Positions 17,902 through 27,882 of a stretch of DNA of 64,000 bases are shown piece after piece. How positions within the stretch are numbered: position 1 is the first letter of the stretch; the number at the start of each line of letters is the position of its first letter. The notes under the pieces are model-generated. The model was not told the DNA's origin and ran no database searches. It worked only from the letters and a program-made list of their open reading frames with translations. This stretch comes from a phage, in assembly GCA_012646185.1 (NCBI GenBank), contig GCA_012646185.1_4706.1. One strand, 5' to 3'. Position numbers and translations under genes: made by a program.

Positions 17902-18276
17902 TTAAACTCCTTGTCGGATCATCACCAACCGGAGCATGTTGTATTCCAATGTAGCGCTTTCTAATTCGAATTCATATCGATACCAGAAATTCGGCTCTAA
18001 TTGACCTACAACACATTTACGAACATCTGTCTGCACCTTCCTCGACAACACCTGTAACAGTTGTGTTATCTCCGGCTTGAAGTAATGCGCCAAACCTAAC
18101 TGATCAGAATAAAACAGGCCACAATCAAAGATGGCCTGTAAAATAACATATTCAACCATCAGGTGACGCGCATCGGGGTCAGGGAATGGCGAACGTAAAG
18201 CGAGATCTAACACATCGACGATTGGGCCGACATAAATGGCGGCACGGTACTCACGAATAACACTGATGTTATCCAT
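17902..18276 (-). CDS. hypothetical protein
   Basis: 124-aa ORF in co-oriented array. Confidence 0.55.
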   Translation of the reverse strand: MDNISVIREYRAAIYVGPIVDVLDLALRSPFPDPDARHLMVEYVILQAIFDCGLFYSDQLGLAHYFKPEITQLLQVLSRKVQTDVRKCVVGQLEPNFWYRYEFELESATLEYNMLRLVMIRQGV

Positions 18277-18289
18277 GATAACCTATTCG

Positions 18290-19114
18290 TTAACTATCGC
18301 TTTCTGACGTATCGACGTAGTTGAAAATACGATCCCGTAAACACTCGTAACGAGGCAACGCGCTAAGAATGATCATCTTCAACTGCATCGCGATCGATAC
18401 ACGTTCTTCATCCGACGCATCGTCTCCCCATTTACCCGGCTTAACCTGAATGGGTTCATGCGGATCCTGCGGGAATATAAAACTTAACAACAGATAATCC
18501 GTACGGAACTCCCACACTTCTCGACCGTCGTTATCGGTTTCCTTACGCAACGTGAAGAGTTGGCGTTCGGTGGTTGGATCCAGCATCAGCGGTCGGCCAC
18601 GAACAATCTCCAGTTTACGTGGGCTGACGAACGTCGTACGTTCAGGAAGGTATTTTTCAACATCATCCGTATCCAACAAGAACAAAATGATGTCGTCAAA
18701 ATACTTCGGTGCGTACGTGTGTATCGGTTCACCGTCGCTATACGAAGAGATCTCCTGGAGTATTGGCGTCTTAGACGAAAAGTTCTGGCACGAACCACGG
18801 GTGATCGGTAAGGTGGTCCATTGATGTTCTGTAGACAATTCGACAGGCACCAACGGATAATCATCGATGAAGACCACGCACGTTGTACTAATGGGTATTC
18901 TTCCATCATTACCCGGTTCAAAAACCAAACGTATCTTACCTGTAATCAACGCCATCTCATCTGGCATTAAATGGCTTGCTGAACGGGCAAGCCTGAAACC
19001 GCTCGCCTGTTTATAAGGTTCGGGTTTATAGCCACGGACAATAAGAGACACATCCGCAAGTTCAACGCTCACAAATGCATCTTTGGTGTCTTCATTGTTC
19101 GTCGTTAACGTCAT
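18290..19114 (-). CDS. hypothetical protein
   Basis: 274-aa ORF in co-oriented array. Confidence 0.6.
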   Translation of the reverse strand: MTLTTNNEDTKDAFVSVELADVSLIVRGYKPEPYKQASGFRLARSASHLMPDEMALITGKIRLVFEPGNDGRIPISTTCVVFIDDYPLVPVELSTEHQWTTLPITRGSCQNFSSKTPILQEISSYSDGEPIHTYAPKYFDDIILFLLDTDDVEKYLPERTTFVSPRKLEIVRGRPLMLDPTTERQLFTLRKETDNDGREVWEFRTDYLLLSFIFPQDPHEPIQVKPGKWGDDASDEERVSIAMQLKMIILSALPRYECLRDRIFNYVDTSESDS

Positions 19115-20129
19115 TGTTCATTTTCTCCATTGCAACAAATCGTTCAAGCTCGCGTAATAAACGCTCTTTTAACGCAGTATCAACTTCCGGAGCATGTTTA
19201 TCACGATACCATTCTGTCCCGTTGTATTGCAGGCTAACATGCCATGTTCCTAACGGGCTTTCCTCTGCAGCGGCGATGAAATTCTTAACGCCGGTTTTGG
19301 TAGGATACTCCATGATAGGAACAGCCTGCTTCAGATCCATCACGGTAAGATCCTGGAAGTTATAATCCAGAAGCGTTAATGCACGTTTGTCGCGTAGCAG
19401 TAACCCGCAATCCAAGATGGTGAAATCAATACCCCAGAAACGTAACTTACCTCCAACCCCAACAGGAGTATGGCCACGATAAACTGCAAGATAAATCTCA
19501 CCTTTATCGGTTTCTTTGTTGTATCCAGCAATAAAAGCGGCTGTGATTAATGGTTGGTGTCCTTTCGCTAAGAAGACAGGGTGGTTATGATACAACCAGT
19601 CACTACGAATCAGATCGGTAACCTGACCTAAACGTGCGGTTGGTACCATCACCGATCCCAGAGTTTCATCAACAGGAACCTGGTAATATTCAAACAGAAC
19701 ACCATCGATTTCTTCGGTAGCGTAAGGTGTACGTGTGGGATCGTTAAGGAGTTTACGGAGTTTTGTGTTGATTTCATTAACACGACTATCCTGTTCTTTC
19801 TCACGGCTACCGATAACAAAAGCAACAAGATTGCGTACGCTAACAAAAACATCATCTTTCTCGGTGTCGCTGAGATCAGCTTCATCCGGCATTGTTGTCC
19901 AATGTAACGGACCTTCAACGACCTTAAGCCATTTATCTTCGCGTTCAGGATAAACAAAAGGCTTATGCACAGGAACACTGGTATGCTGAACACGTAATAA
20001 CAGATTGCATAACGACGGTAATGTTTTCTCTAGAGGAGGGACAATACCTGAGGTAACGGAAATAACATAGCGGTTAAGAACAAGAGAAGCTGAATAAGTA
20101 ATGTTATCTAATCCTGGTAATTGATCCAT
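19092..20129 (-). CDS. hypothetical protein
   Basis: 345-aa ORF; TAAGGAT SD before the ATG at 20129. Confidence 0.6.
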   Translation of the reverse strand: MDQLPGLDNITYSASLVLNRYVISVTSGIVPPLEKTLPSLCNLLLRVQHTSVPVHKPFVYPEREDKWLKVVEGPLHWTTMPDEADLSDTEKDDVFVSVRNLVAFVIGSREKEQDSRVNEINTKLRKLLNDPTRTPYATEEIDGVLFEYYQVPVDETLGSVMVPTARLGQVTDLIRSDWLYHNHPVFLAKGHQPLITAAFIAGYNKETDKGEIYLAVYRGHTPVGVGGKLRFWGIDFTILDCGLLLRDKRALTLLDYNFQDLTVMDLKQAVPIMEYPTKTGVKNFIAAAEESPLGTWHVSLQYNGTEWYRDKHAPEVDTALKERLLRELERFVAMEKMNNDVNDEQ

Positions 20130-20437
20130 GATAGGAATCCTTAGTATGTTTGATATGTTGTTTAATTGACATATTAAGTTTAAAAGAGGTTATGTTTTAC
20201 GTATTGTTAATAACGTATTCTTATCTCTATTAAGTTATGTTCTATCTAAAGATAGTAAACAGATATAATGCTCCCCACCTCCCCATTCTCCCAAGTAATA
20301 CTGGCCTACCGGCCCTCTCCTTTTTAAGGGAGAGAGTAAGCATTCAGTATTGCTCAAATGAATAAGCAAAACAGTATAAACTTACCGTCTCGAGTTATCT
20401 CGAGACGGCGTAGTAGTATCTGTTTATCTCTTTTATG

Positions 20438-20791
20438 CTAACAGCCTATTTCTGCATGAACCTTTAACGATTCGAATACATCTTGCTTCTTTGTCATCGT
20501 CTTGTATAAACGTGATTGAGCAATGATCTTTATCCATTGTTGTGGATCGCGTAAATTCACATTTTCAAAACGGGGTGGGGTATTAGCTCCGTCGAGTCGG
20601 ATATACCCTAAGAGCAATCCTTCATGGTCTCCTCGACGGATTTCGATATGCGGTTTGAGGAAGACACGATTGTCTGGTGGATACCAGCTTACGGTGTAGT
20701 AATGGTTTCCTGAAACAACGAATTCGTGAACGGTTTTTGTCTCATCGTCAATGACCGCATTTACGTTGGGAATCATTAATTTTTGAAGCAT
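20438..20791 (-). CDS. hypothetical protein
   Basis: 117-aa ORF. Confidence 0.55.
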   Translation of the reverse strand: MLQKLMIPNVNAVIDDETKTVHEFVVSGNHYYTVSWYPPDNRVFLKPHIEIRRGDHEGLLLGYIRLDGANTPPRFENVNLRDPQQWIKIIAQSRLYKTMTKKQDVFESLKVHAEIGC

Positions 20792-21375
20792 GGGACATAA
20801 ACCTCCATCAACATCGCATAAAGCGCACCAAGCCCGTGTAGGACTTGGTTAGGTGCAAAGGTTGGTGTGTAACATACTTGTTCGGTTGGTGTTTGTTGAC
20901 GTAAGTCTAACGGATCCCCGTTGATAAGCATCTGCAGGAGATCAGCATCATCTTGCAATGTGTCTTCATCGATATACGCATCAACACAAAGCAGTCGGTG
21001 TAACTGTTCGGGTTTAATTGAAATACCTACAACCATGCAGTTGTTGTAGGTGGCGTTGTCCAGAAAGAAGTGGATGACGCCCGCTTGAGGATCGCCACCG
21101 TAGTGAAGCCAGCGCGTAAAACCAGCCGACATCATCCATAGCGGGTTGTGTTGTAACGCACTGACGACGCGGGTCTCGAAATCCAAACCAAACTTCTGGA
21201 AGATCGCACCCATCTGGAAACGATCTTCATCGAGACGGTAGCGGAATATACAAGCATCCGATCCCGATGAGTTATCATACACCGAAAGATACCCACGATG
21301 GATTTCCACGGTAACATTGTTGTCGTCAAGCGTGGCGCTCGCAACGCCGTTAGAAAAGGTTGGAACAAAGCTCAT
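20776..21375 (-). CDS. hypothetical protein
   Basis: 199-aa ORF. Confidence 0.6.
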   Translation of the reverse strand: MSFVPTFSNGVASATLDDNNVTVEIHRGYLSVYDNSSGSDACIFRYRLDEDRFQMGAIFQKFGLDFETRVVSALQHNPLWMMSAGFTRWLHYGGDPQAGVIHFFLDNATYNNCMVVGISIKPEQLHRLLCVDAYIDEDTLQDDADLLQMLINGDPLDLRQQTPTEQVCYTPTFAPNQVLHGLGALYAMLMEVYVPCFKN

Positions 21376-21923
21376 CTTGTAATCCTTAATTTACCTGAAT
21401 GAATTATCGTTGATGGGTCCACGACGCGACCGTATTTCGCGTTACGTAATACACGATGCCCAAAGAAGTCAGCGGTTTCCAAAACAACCGTGTAACAACC
21501 CAGCTGATGTTGGTGTCCCCAAAACCGTTCAATGGGAATCCAGCAGGGCGACATGCCTTTGTGTCGCCAATCCGTAACACAACCGAATTCAGCAAACTGT
21601 TCAGTAAACCACTCGTCAATGTCGGTATCCGTAAAGAGAAATACGTGGTTTTTAACCAGATAAGCGAACCCAGGATAAAAAAGCTGAGGGTCATCCGGGT
21701 CACGGAGATAAACACGAAGTTTGTCTAGCGTACCCTCGATAACGATCGTATCGGGTAATCCTGGCGGCGTGAACCGAAGTTGGAAGTTATCCTCGTTTGC
21801 CGAGGCGTTAACCAAATACCCCAATTGAAGGGGCCGATGCAATTCGAAAAGGTTGAACGTTAATGCATATTCGATATACTCTAATCCTATATTCATGTCT
21901 GACCTATGTGGTATGGACGGCAT
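21372..21923 (-). CDS. hypothetical protein
   Basis: 183-aa ORF; degenerate early-promoter-like motif (GAAGGTAATGTAGG) ~30 nt upstream. Confidence 0.6.
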   Translation of the reverse strand: MPSIPHRSDMNIGLEYIEYALTFNLFELHRPLQLGYLVNASANEDNFQLRFTPPGLPDTIVIEGTLDKLRVYLRDPDDPQLFYPGFAYLVKNHVFLFTDTDIDEWFTEQFAEFGCVTDWRHKGMSPCWIPIERFWGHQHQLGCYTVVLETADFFGHRVLRNAKYGRVVDPSTIIHSGKLRITR

Positions 21924-21951
21924 TGCATTGCCTTCCGCGAGTGTAATCAGG

Positions 21952-21975
21952 AAGGTAATGTAGGTTTATTTTAAT
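21952..21975 (-). promoter_or_regulatory. degenerate early-promoter-like motif (TACATTAC on minus strand)
   Basis: Plus strand gaaggtaatgtaggtttattttaatc resembles the site at 60951 (gaaggtaatatagtcctgttattttttt). Confidence 0.3.
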
Positions 21976-22034
21976 CTCCATTTCGCGATGATATGACAGT
22001 CTTTATTACGTTTACCATCTGAGGGAGCATGCTC

Positions 22035-23273
22035 ATGTCTTCTATTTTACAGGTGTTTAATGCGCATGCGGAAGGCATTGACATCGACGAGTATTTTGTT
22101 AATCAGGTTATCCGTTACGCGACACGCTTCCGTACGCAAGACCAAGAACACATGCGTTTTTTCGGTGGGGTTCTGTTAGGTGTACAGAAAATCCGATTCA
22201 CAACAAGACATAACGATACATGGTTTTCCGACGTCTTGATGATGGATGAAGAAAGCTTACGGCGCGATTTGAGTAAACTGCCCTTCTACAATACGCAGAC
22301 CAACCGTGTTGCCTCAAACGCCTTTAACCTAAGTTGCTGTTGGTTGCTTTATGCGATCTTCCACAGCAAACAAATCAAAAAAGAAAAGGTTCGTGAAGCC
22401 GGGATGCTTGCAGCAATGCAAGTCCTCCATTATAAATTCATTTGCGGTCTGGTAGCACGACGTTATCCTTATAACGCCGATCCGGCTATCGCCATTAAAG
22501 CGTACGATGAGTTAACACTCAAATCAGGCATCAAGCGCATGAATAGCTGGAATGAGTACATCGACGAACGCTGTAATGCCATCATTGCGCGTAATAGTAC
22601 ACATTTCAGTCGTTGGTCAACCCTGGAACCTGATAGCGTCGCCGAACGTTTTGTGCGTGATGTGAATACCGGAATCCGTAAGGTTATCAACCGTATCACC
22701 GATACGTACTACGCGATGTACGAAGAAGGTAAGAAGATAGGCACGTCTTCTCAAACTGTAGAGTTAGACGATGGTCTCGCTGTTCGCGATATTAAACGCA
22801 ACGAAACCACTTATCGTCAATATCTGTTCGAAATCGCTTATGACCGAACAAGTTTCGTTAAACGTGAACTCATGGTCGTCATCCTCGACGTGCATCATAC
22901 TACCAATCTTTTATCCCTTGAGCGAGCGTTAAGCTATATCAGCGCTAACGTAGAACGACCGACAAGAGACGGAAAACAGGTCTCTCAGATGTTGCGGCTT
23001 GTAATGGAGCATGCTATCGAGTATATCATCTTGAATAAGGTCGATATGCGCGATCTTACGTTCTTATTCTACATGCGTAACGTGTACACGTCCAACCGTA
23101 CCAGCAACCCGAAACTGTTAGAACTGCGTAAAATTGGCTCTGAAGTCATTAAGAAAGCAACCAATGCGAGAAACGACGCTGAAGCTGCGGCGACACGCAC
23201 CGGTGTCTTTCTGTATATCCTGCTTCGTGTGTTTAGCCGTAACTATTACGTTCGACGTGCGATGTCACGTTAA
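22035..23273 (+). CDS. hypothetical protein
   Basis: ORF track 22029..23273; the second ATG at 22035 has better spacing from the GAGGGAG SD. Confidence 0.65.
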   Translation: MSSILQVFNAHAEGIDIDEYFVNQVIRYATRFRTQDQEHMRFFGGVLLGVQKIRFTTRHNDTWFSDVLMMDEESLRRDLSKLPFYNTQTNRVASNAFNLSCCWLLYAIFHSKQIKKEKVREAGMLAAMQVLHYKFICGLVARRYPYNADPAIAIKAYDELTLKSGIKRMNSWNEYIDERCNAIIARNSTHFSRWSTLEPDSVAERFVRDVNTGIRKVINRITDTYYAMYEEGKKIGTSSQTVELDDGLAVRDIKRNETTYRQYLFEIAYDRTSFVKRELMVVILDVHHTTNLLSLERALSYISANVERPTRDGKQVSQMLRLVMEHAIEYIILNKVDMRDLTFLFYMRNVYTSNRTSNPKLLELRKIGSEVIKKATNARNDAEAAATRTGVFLYILLRVFSRNYYVRRAMSR

Positions 23274-23427
23274 CAATGTAACGGTAAAACTTTACTGACG
23301 TTGGTTATTATTTGAAGCATAGGGCTTCACCCAGGAGTACCATCCCTTTAAGTCGTTTGTCCTCTCCTGGTTAACTGTCGTTCTCTCACAGTGCTCGACA
23401 GACCAAAAATGCTCAGGCCTCATAGCC

Positions 23428-23456
23428 TCCTCTGGGAATGGAACCCAGAGGAGGAC
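23428..23456. terminator. bidirectional terminator hairpin (11-bp stem)
   Basis: cctcctctggg-aatggaa-cccagaggagg between convergent CDSs. Confidence 0.55.
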
Positions 23457-23466
23457 TATGTTTGCC

Positions 23467-23775
23467 TTAAAATTCAATGCGACCTTTTGTCGTAAACAAT
23501 ACACCTCTTTGCCAACAGAAAAGATCCTCCGATTGAGCGCAAACACGAATACCCGCATCGAATAGATGTTTTGTTCTGGCGCTTAAACAATCAGGATCTT
23601 CTACATACAACAGAAGACGTTGGCATTTATTTTGAATGCGTTCGACAAGGATGTTCTTATCGCTTAAAATAAAATGCGCGTTATCTGTTAAGTTATCGTC
23701 GGTTTCCAGCTGCCCGACAAGTTTGATTAAAATACGCAATTGCTCAAGTGTGTCATGATCAAGTGAATCACCCAT
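23467..23775 (-). CDS. hypothetical protein
   Basis: ORF track 23467..23787 starts at a TTG; the ATG at 23775 has a GAGGT SD 5 nt upstream. Confidence 0.5.
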   Translation of the reverse strand: MGDSLDHDTLEQLRILIKLVGQLETDDNLTDNAHFILSDKNILVERIQNKCQRLLLYVEDPDCLSARTKHLFDAGIRVCAQSEDLFCWQRGVLFTTKGRIEF

Positions 23776-23822
23776 GGCGTACCTCAACGTTATACGTCGT
23801 TTGTATTATAATACGCTATCGT

Positions 23823-23846
23823 CTCCCCGCCTGTATTAACGGGGAG
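23823..23846 (-). terminator. hairpin downstream of terminase gene
   Basis: ctccccg-cctgtattaa-cggggag. Confidence 0.4.
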
Positions 23847-23860
23847 TCTGCAAACTACTC

Positions 23861-26092
23861 TTAGAAAAAACCGCCCGGACGGTATTGACCCATCGTCATC
23901 CACGCATTACGAGAAATATTCCGTTCATTCGAAGAGCGGCTTATTTGACGATAAGTATTCGCTCGTTCCTCCCTTGCTTTCGTGATCATCGCATCAATAG
24001 AAACAGCCGCTGAATCCTCCCCACGTATTTTTCCTTTATACGTAAGAAGCTCTGCCTCCAATCGATCCAAGATAAGGCCGTTGGTTTCGGTCTTAAGCAA
24101 CTCATAGATTTCAGCAACGCGTTGACGTAGCTTCGCCTGCTGTTGGTTAAGATACGCTTCATACGGATCGATTTCACCCGTTACAGATGCTGGTAAACGA
24201 CTCATGACTTTAAGTGGATCGATACCGTAATGGATCTGTTTCTTAGCACGCTTGATGAACCACATCGCTAACATCCATGCGAACGTCATGTCATCGTGCA
24301 TTCCATCCTGGTGATCAACACGCCCATCTTTGATAACCAATCCAAGGATCTCGGAACACAACATCTTATCACGTAATTGCCCGCGGGTTTCTACAATACC
24401 TTCCATCAAGATGTCGGAATACAACTCCATACGTTTGCGTGCATCCGTTGTGAAGCCTAAATGCCGTTTACGTTGAGCATACCAACTTTCATCACGCATA
24501 CTCAATGGTAATTTCAGGTCTTCGAACATCGCTGGGTTATCAGCATGTCTGTCCACAATCGTGTTGTATACGCGTTTGAACACGTCGATGCCCGCTTGCC
24601 GCAAGAACTCTTCAATCGCATCTAACAACATGATTGCGCTGCTTTTACGTTCAGGAATCAACGTAACGTTCTTAAAACGCATCATGAAGTTGGCCATCCA
24701 ACGAGCAAAAGAAAGCAGGCTCAGTTTATTAAAACGTCCCGTCGCGACAACTTCTGCTGTTTCCACATCCACCATCACCAAACCGATAGCGTCACGACCG
24801 ATCGCGTCACTGGTGTCTAAACCAGCAACCACCTTATTGTTCTGCATGTATGTCTCGATTTGACCTCGAGGTATATACCAGTTGATGCAGTAGCCTTCAG
24901 GTGAGATCTCGATATGGTCGATTTCACGTTGTCCTGCCATGATCATCTCAACCATCTCAGCGGTTAACGGGCTTTCTGCTGAACCGTTGGTCCAGATGTT
25001 CATGTAGTCGCGGTCTTTCTGAAGTTTATCACCTTCCGTTTCGTTCATGGTTTTTGCTAACCATTCATCACTGAATCCCAATTGGGCATGGTTCCATTGT
25101 GCCCCGATCCTGACGGTCGCTTTGCTGAGCTCGCACGGTACGTTGTTCAATACCGTCTGATGCAGATGCTTTTCGTTACGGCAGTCAAAGAAACTTTCAG
25201 AGAACGGCGCTGAACGCATGAAAACTTCATAAGCCCATTTGCCTTCGCGTTTATCCAATTCACCTGCTGTTGTCGTATAGATGATACTTGTCAGGTCGCC
25301 GTTGCTTAATGCTTCATCGCGTGCCGCACCCATCGCACCGATACCAGCAGGAACAATAATTTCGATGTATTTCGTAAACGCGGTTTCGTCGCTATGGAAT
25401 AGCGGGGTTGTTAGACCACGACCGATGTTTGTTGCTTGTTTCTTATCCGAACGTGGAATCTTTACCGATAACTTGTTCTTAAACCGCGTGTAGGTCACGT
25501 TCTCTTTGTTCGATGAATCGCGACTATCCAGCGTCCAGAGATATGCAGGCAACAGATCGCGTATACTACGCACGTCTTCTACCGTTTTCGTACGGGCATC
25601 ACCGTCTTTTGTTAACTGAATAACCTCGGTGTTTCGACTACGAACATAGGTTAGATAACAGAACAACCCTAACATGGTCATGGATTTACCCGTCTGACGT
25701 ATCTGTATCTGATACCAGTTCGTTCGGGTAAATATCCCCCAGAGCATCGGAATGTTACCACGGTTAGCACGGAATGAAATTTTGTTATCACCCGCTTTAG
25801 CCGGAACGCGCATCACTTCACGGAAGAAGTACCATGGATTAAGATAGCATTCCGCACTGATCATCTGAATCTGTTCTGACGTCAAATTCGGTGCGTGGGG
25901 ATCAACACCAATCAATCTTGGGTTTAATAACGCCATGAAAAACGCAGAGTTCCGGACACCGAATTCACGACGATACAAGATCGCTAAATCACGCCAACTT
26001 GTGTTTGTTGTTTCCCAGTGTGGAACAGCCTGAGGAAAATAATCCCAATCTTCCTCAAACAGGATGATTTTCTTCGGATCGACAATCGACAT
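23861..26092 (-). CDS. terL: terminase large subunit
   Basis: 743 aa; P-loop-like IQIRQTGKS, acidic Walker-B-like GLVMVDVE and C-terminal nuclease-like GLDTSDAIGRD / HDDMTFAWMLAMW segments; GGAGGAG SD. Confidence 0.75.
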   Translation of the reverse strand: MSIVDPKKIILFEEDWDYFPQAVPHWETTNTSWRDLAILYRREFGVRNSAFFMALLNPRLIGVDPHAPNLTSEQIQMISAECYLNPWYFFREVMRVPAKAGDNKISFRANRGNIPMLWGIFTRTNWYQIQIRQTGKSMTMLGLFCYLTYVRSRNTEVIQLTKDGDARTKTVEDVRSIRDLLPAYLWTLDSRDSSNKENVTYTRFKNKLSVKIPRSDKKQATNIGRGLTTPLFHSDETAFTKYIEIIVPAGIGAMGAARDEALSNGDLTSIIYTTTAGELDKREGKWAYEVFMRSAPFSESFFDCRNEKHLHQTVLNNVPCELSKATVRIGAQWNHAQLGFSDEWLAKTMNETEGDKLQKDRDYMNIWTNGSAESPLTAEMVEMIMAGQREIDHIEISPEGYCINWYIPRGQIETYMQNNKVVAGLDTSDAIGRDAIGLVMVDVETAEVVATGRFNKLSLLSFARWMANFMMRFKNVTLIPERKSSAIMLLDAIEEFLRQAGIDVFKRVYNTIVDRHADNPAMFEDLKLPLSMRDESWYAQRKRHLGFTTDARKRMELYSDILMEGIVETRGQLRDKMLCSEILGLVIKDGRVDHQDGMHDDMTFAWMLAMWFIKRAKKQIHYGIDPLKVMSRLPASVTGEIDPYEAYLNQQQAKLRQRVAEIYELLKTETNGLILDRLEAELLTYKGKIRGEDSAAVSIDAMITKAREERANTYRQISRSSNERNISRNAWMTMGQYRPGGFF

Positions 26093-26104
26093 ATAAACTC
26101 CTCC

Positions 26105-26131
26105 GATGGAGGGTGCCGGGCACCCTCCATC
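26105..26131 (-). terminator. perfect 13-bp palindrome hairpin immediately upstream of terL SD
   Basis: gatggagggtgcc-g-ggcaccctccatc. Confidence 0.45.
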
Positions 26132-26142
26132 GTTGTATTACC

Positions 26143-27882
26143 TTATGCGACTTTACTAATAACGACTGCTGTGATACCGAGATGTAGGTCGACGCCATTC
26201 TGTACTTTAATCCAGCGGATATACAGGTTAGCGTTATCCTGTCCCGTACCACCTGGGACGTTATTGTTCCTATTCCATTGCGAGATTTCGAAACGTTTCT
26301 GCACGTTAGGACCAACCATGATTTCAAAGTGGGTCGGTTCTGGTGCTTTCGATTCCGTTTTCTCAAGATAGAGCGGATGTGTCGTGTAGTAAAGCTGCTT
26401 CAACCATTCACCCAGATCTGAGTGTTTGTTCGTCAAGTCAACATACGCGTTACCAGCAACATCGTAAGTAAACAACGCTTTCGTGTTACGACCGTACACA
26501 TCCGTTGTCGTCGGCGTTGTTTGCGAGCTGAACGTTACTGTCCAGTAATCACCGGATGTTGCCGAACCTGCTTGCAGTAACGTCATTCGAATAGTCTGCG
26601 TATGACGTACGCGTTTGTAAACGGTAGGATCGACTTCATCTAACCAGATGTTGTACGCAAATTCCTGAGGTTGTCCGTATTTCTTCGGATTAAACTCAGG
26701 GCTGTTCAGCGCCAATTGTACTTTATCGGTTACGTTGTAGTATCGCTCACGGTCAACGTTGTACAACCAGAACACCAGCTCATATCCCACTGCATCAGAT
26801 ACCCATTGTGGATAGCAGAACAGTTTAACACTGTATGCCCCTTTCGCTTCTTTAGAAACGACGGTATAAGGTACGCTGATGTGTTTCACTGCGCCAGGTA
26901 ACGCGTAGGATGTGTCCTCATCATCGTCCAGGTAGTAGTGTAACGCCAGCGGGTGTTTGCTGTTGATAACCTGGGACGTGAAGACGTTAAGGCCGTCCAA
27001 CACAACCTTGTTACCAGTAACCGGCCAATGTTTAATGGAACCATCACTGTAGGTGACTTCAGCCTGAAGGTCGACGGAATCCAGGTTGACGTTAATCGGC
27101 AACTCGAGTAGTTTGGTATCGCTGCTGCTCAGCCACGTTGACTTCAGTCGTACCCCGTCTTCCAGAATATATTTAATACCCCGGTCTGGTGTGCGTACAT
27201 AGTCGGTGATACGAACAATCATACGTTTCATGGATAGTGGCTGTGGACCGTCACCATAACCTACTACCATCACCTGCTCAAAATCTTCGACAGGCTTAAT
27301 GCAGTAACCTTCACGAGGTGCCCAGATAGCTTTATTCGTTCCGTCTTTGTAAGCGATAAGCTGACACGGAATGAAATCACTGATCTTATTCCCGCTGTTG
27401 TCATACATCGCACTGATGATTTCGCCTTTGGCGCTGATATCAGAACCGCGGAACACTGCGATACGTCGAATATCCGAGCCATGCAGATGGAAACGACGAT
27501 CGATGTTCATTGTAGCAGGGATCGTGTTCGTATTAATCAATACACGCCATGTATCGTACGACCACGTCGGGTCAATACCTTCAAAGGTTGTCGTCTCATC
27601 ACCCTGGCCGTCGAATGGAGCAGACAGCTGACCGATAAGTTTAAGGGTACTTAGTTTTGTGCGATCGTCTACGGCGATAACACGGTACACCGCATTCGTA
27701 TCCCAGTCTTCAACTTTATCGTCCACGTTGGGGACGTAAAGTTTCCAGTCTTCTTCAACGCCATTATAGATCTCTTTATACGCATAGGTGGTATAGCGTC
27801 TGTCGAGATCCTGAATAGCGAGTTTATCCGGATGCTGTTGTGCATAAAGCACCGGATTGGTAATCTCTCTTCCCATTATCAC
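26143..27882 (-). CDS. hypothetical protein (likely virion/morphogenesis module)
   Basis: 579-aa ORF; its ATG overlaps the stop of the upstream gene. Confidence 0.65.
   Translation of the reverse strand: MIMGREITNPVLYAQQHPDKLAIQDLDRRYTTYAYKEIYNGVEEDWKLYVPNVDDKVEDWDTNAVYRVIAVDDRTKLSTLKLIGQLSAPFDGQGDETTTFEGIDPTWSYDTWRVLINTNTIPATMNIDRRFHLHGSDIRRIAVFRGSDISAKGEIISAMYDNSGNKISDFIPCQLIAYKDGTNKAIWAPREGYCIKPVEDFEQVMVVGYGDGPQPLSMKRMIVRITDYVRTPDRGIKYILEDGVRLKSTWLSSSDTKLLELPINVNLDSVDLQAEVTYSDGSIKHWPVTGNKVVLDGLNVFTSQVINSKHPLALHYYLDDDEDTSYALPGAVKHISVPYTVVSKEAKGAYSVKLFCYPQWVSDAVGYELVFWLYNVDRERYYNVTDKVQLALNSPEFNPKKYGQPQEFAYNIWLDEVDPTVYKRVRHTQTIRMTLLQAGSATSGDYWTVTFSSQTTPTTTDVYGRNTKALFTYDVAGNAYVDLTNKHSDLGEWLKQLYYTTHPLYLEKTESKAPEPTHFEIMVGPNVQKRFEISQWNRNNNVPGGTGQDNANLYIRWIKVQNGVDLHLGITAVVISKVA

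Noticed and set aside
23292-23558. 88-aa minus-strand ORF overlapping the terminator hairpin and the start of 23467..23775
   Set aside because: Spans an intergenic hairpin and overlaps a better-supported gene; no SD
23795-23811. Host-like -10 hexamer (minus strand TATAAT) upstream of 23775
   Set aside because: No acceptable -35 element at 16-18 nt spacing; phiKZ-like phages are reported to transcribe independently of host RNAP, so not called
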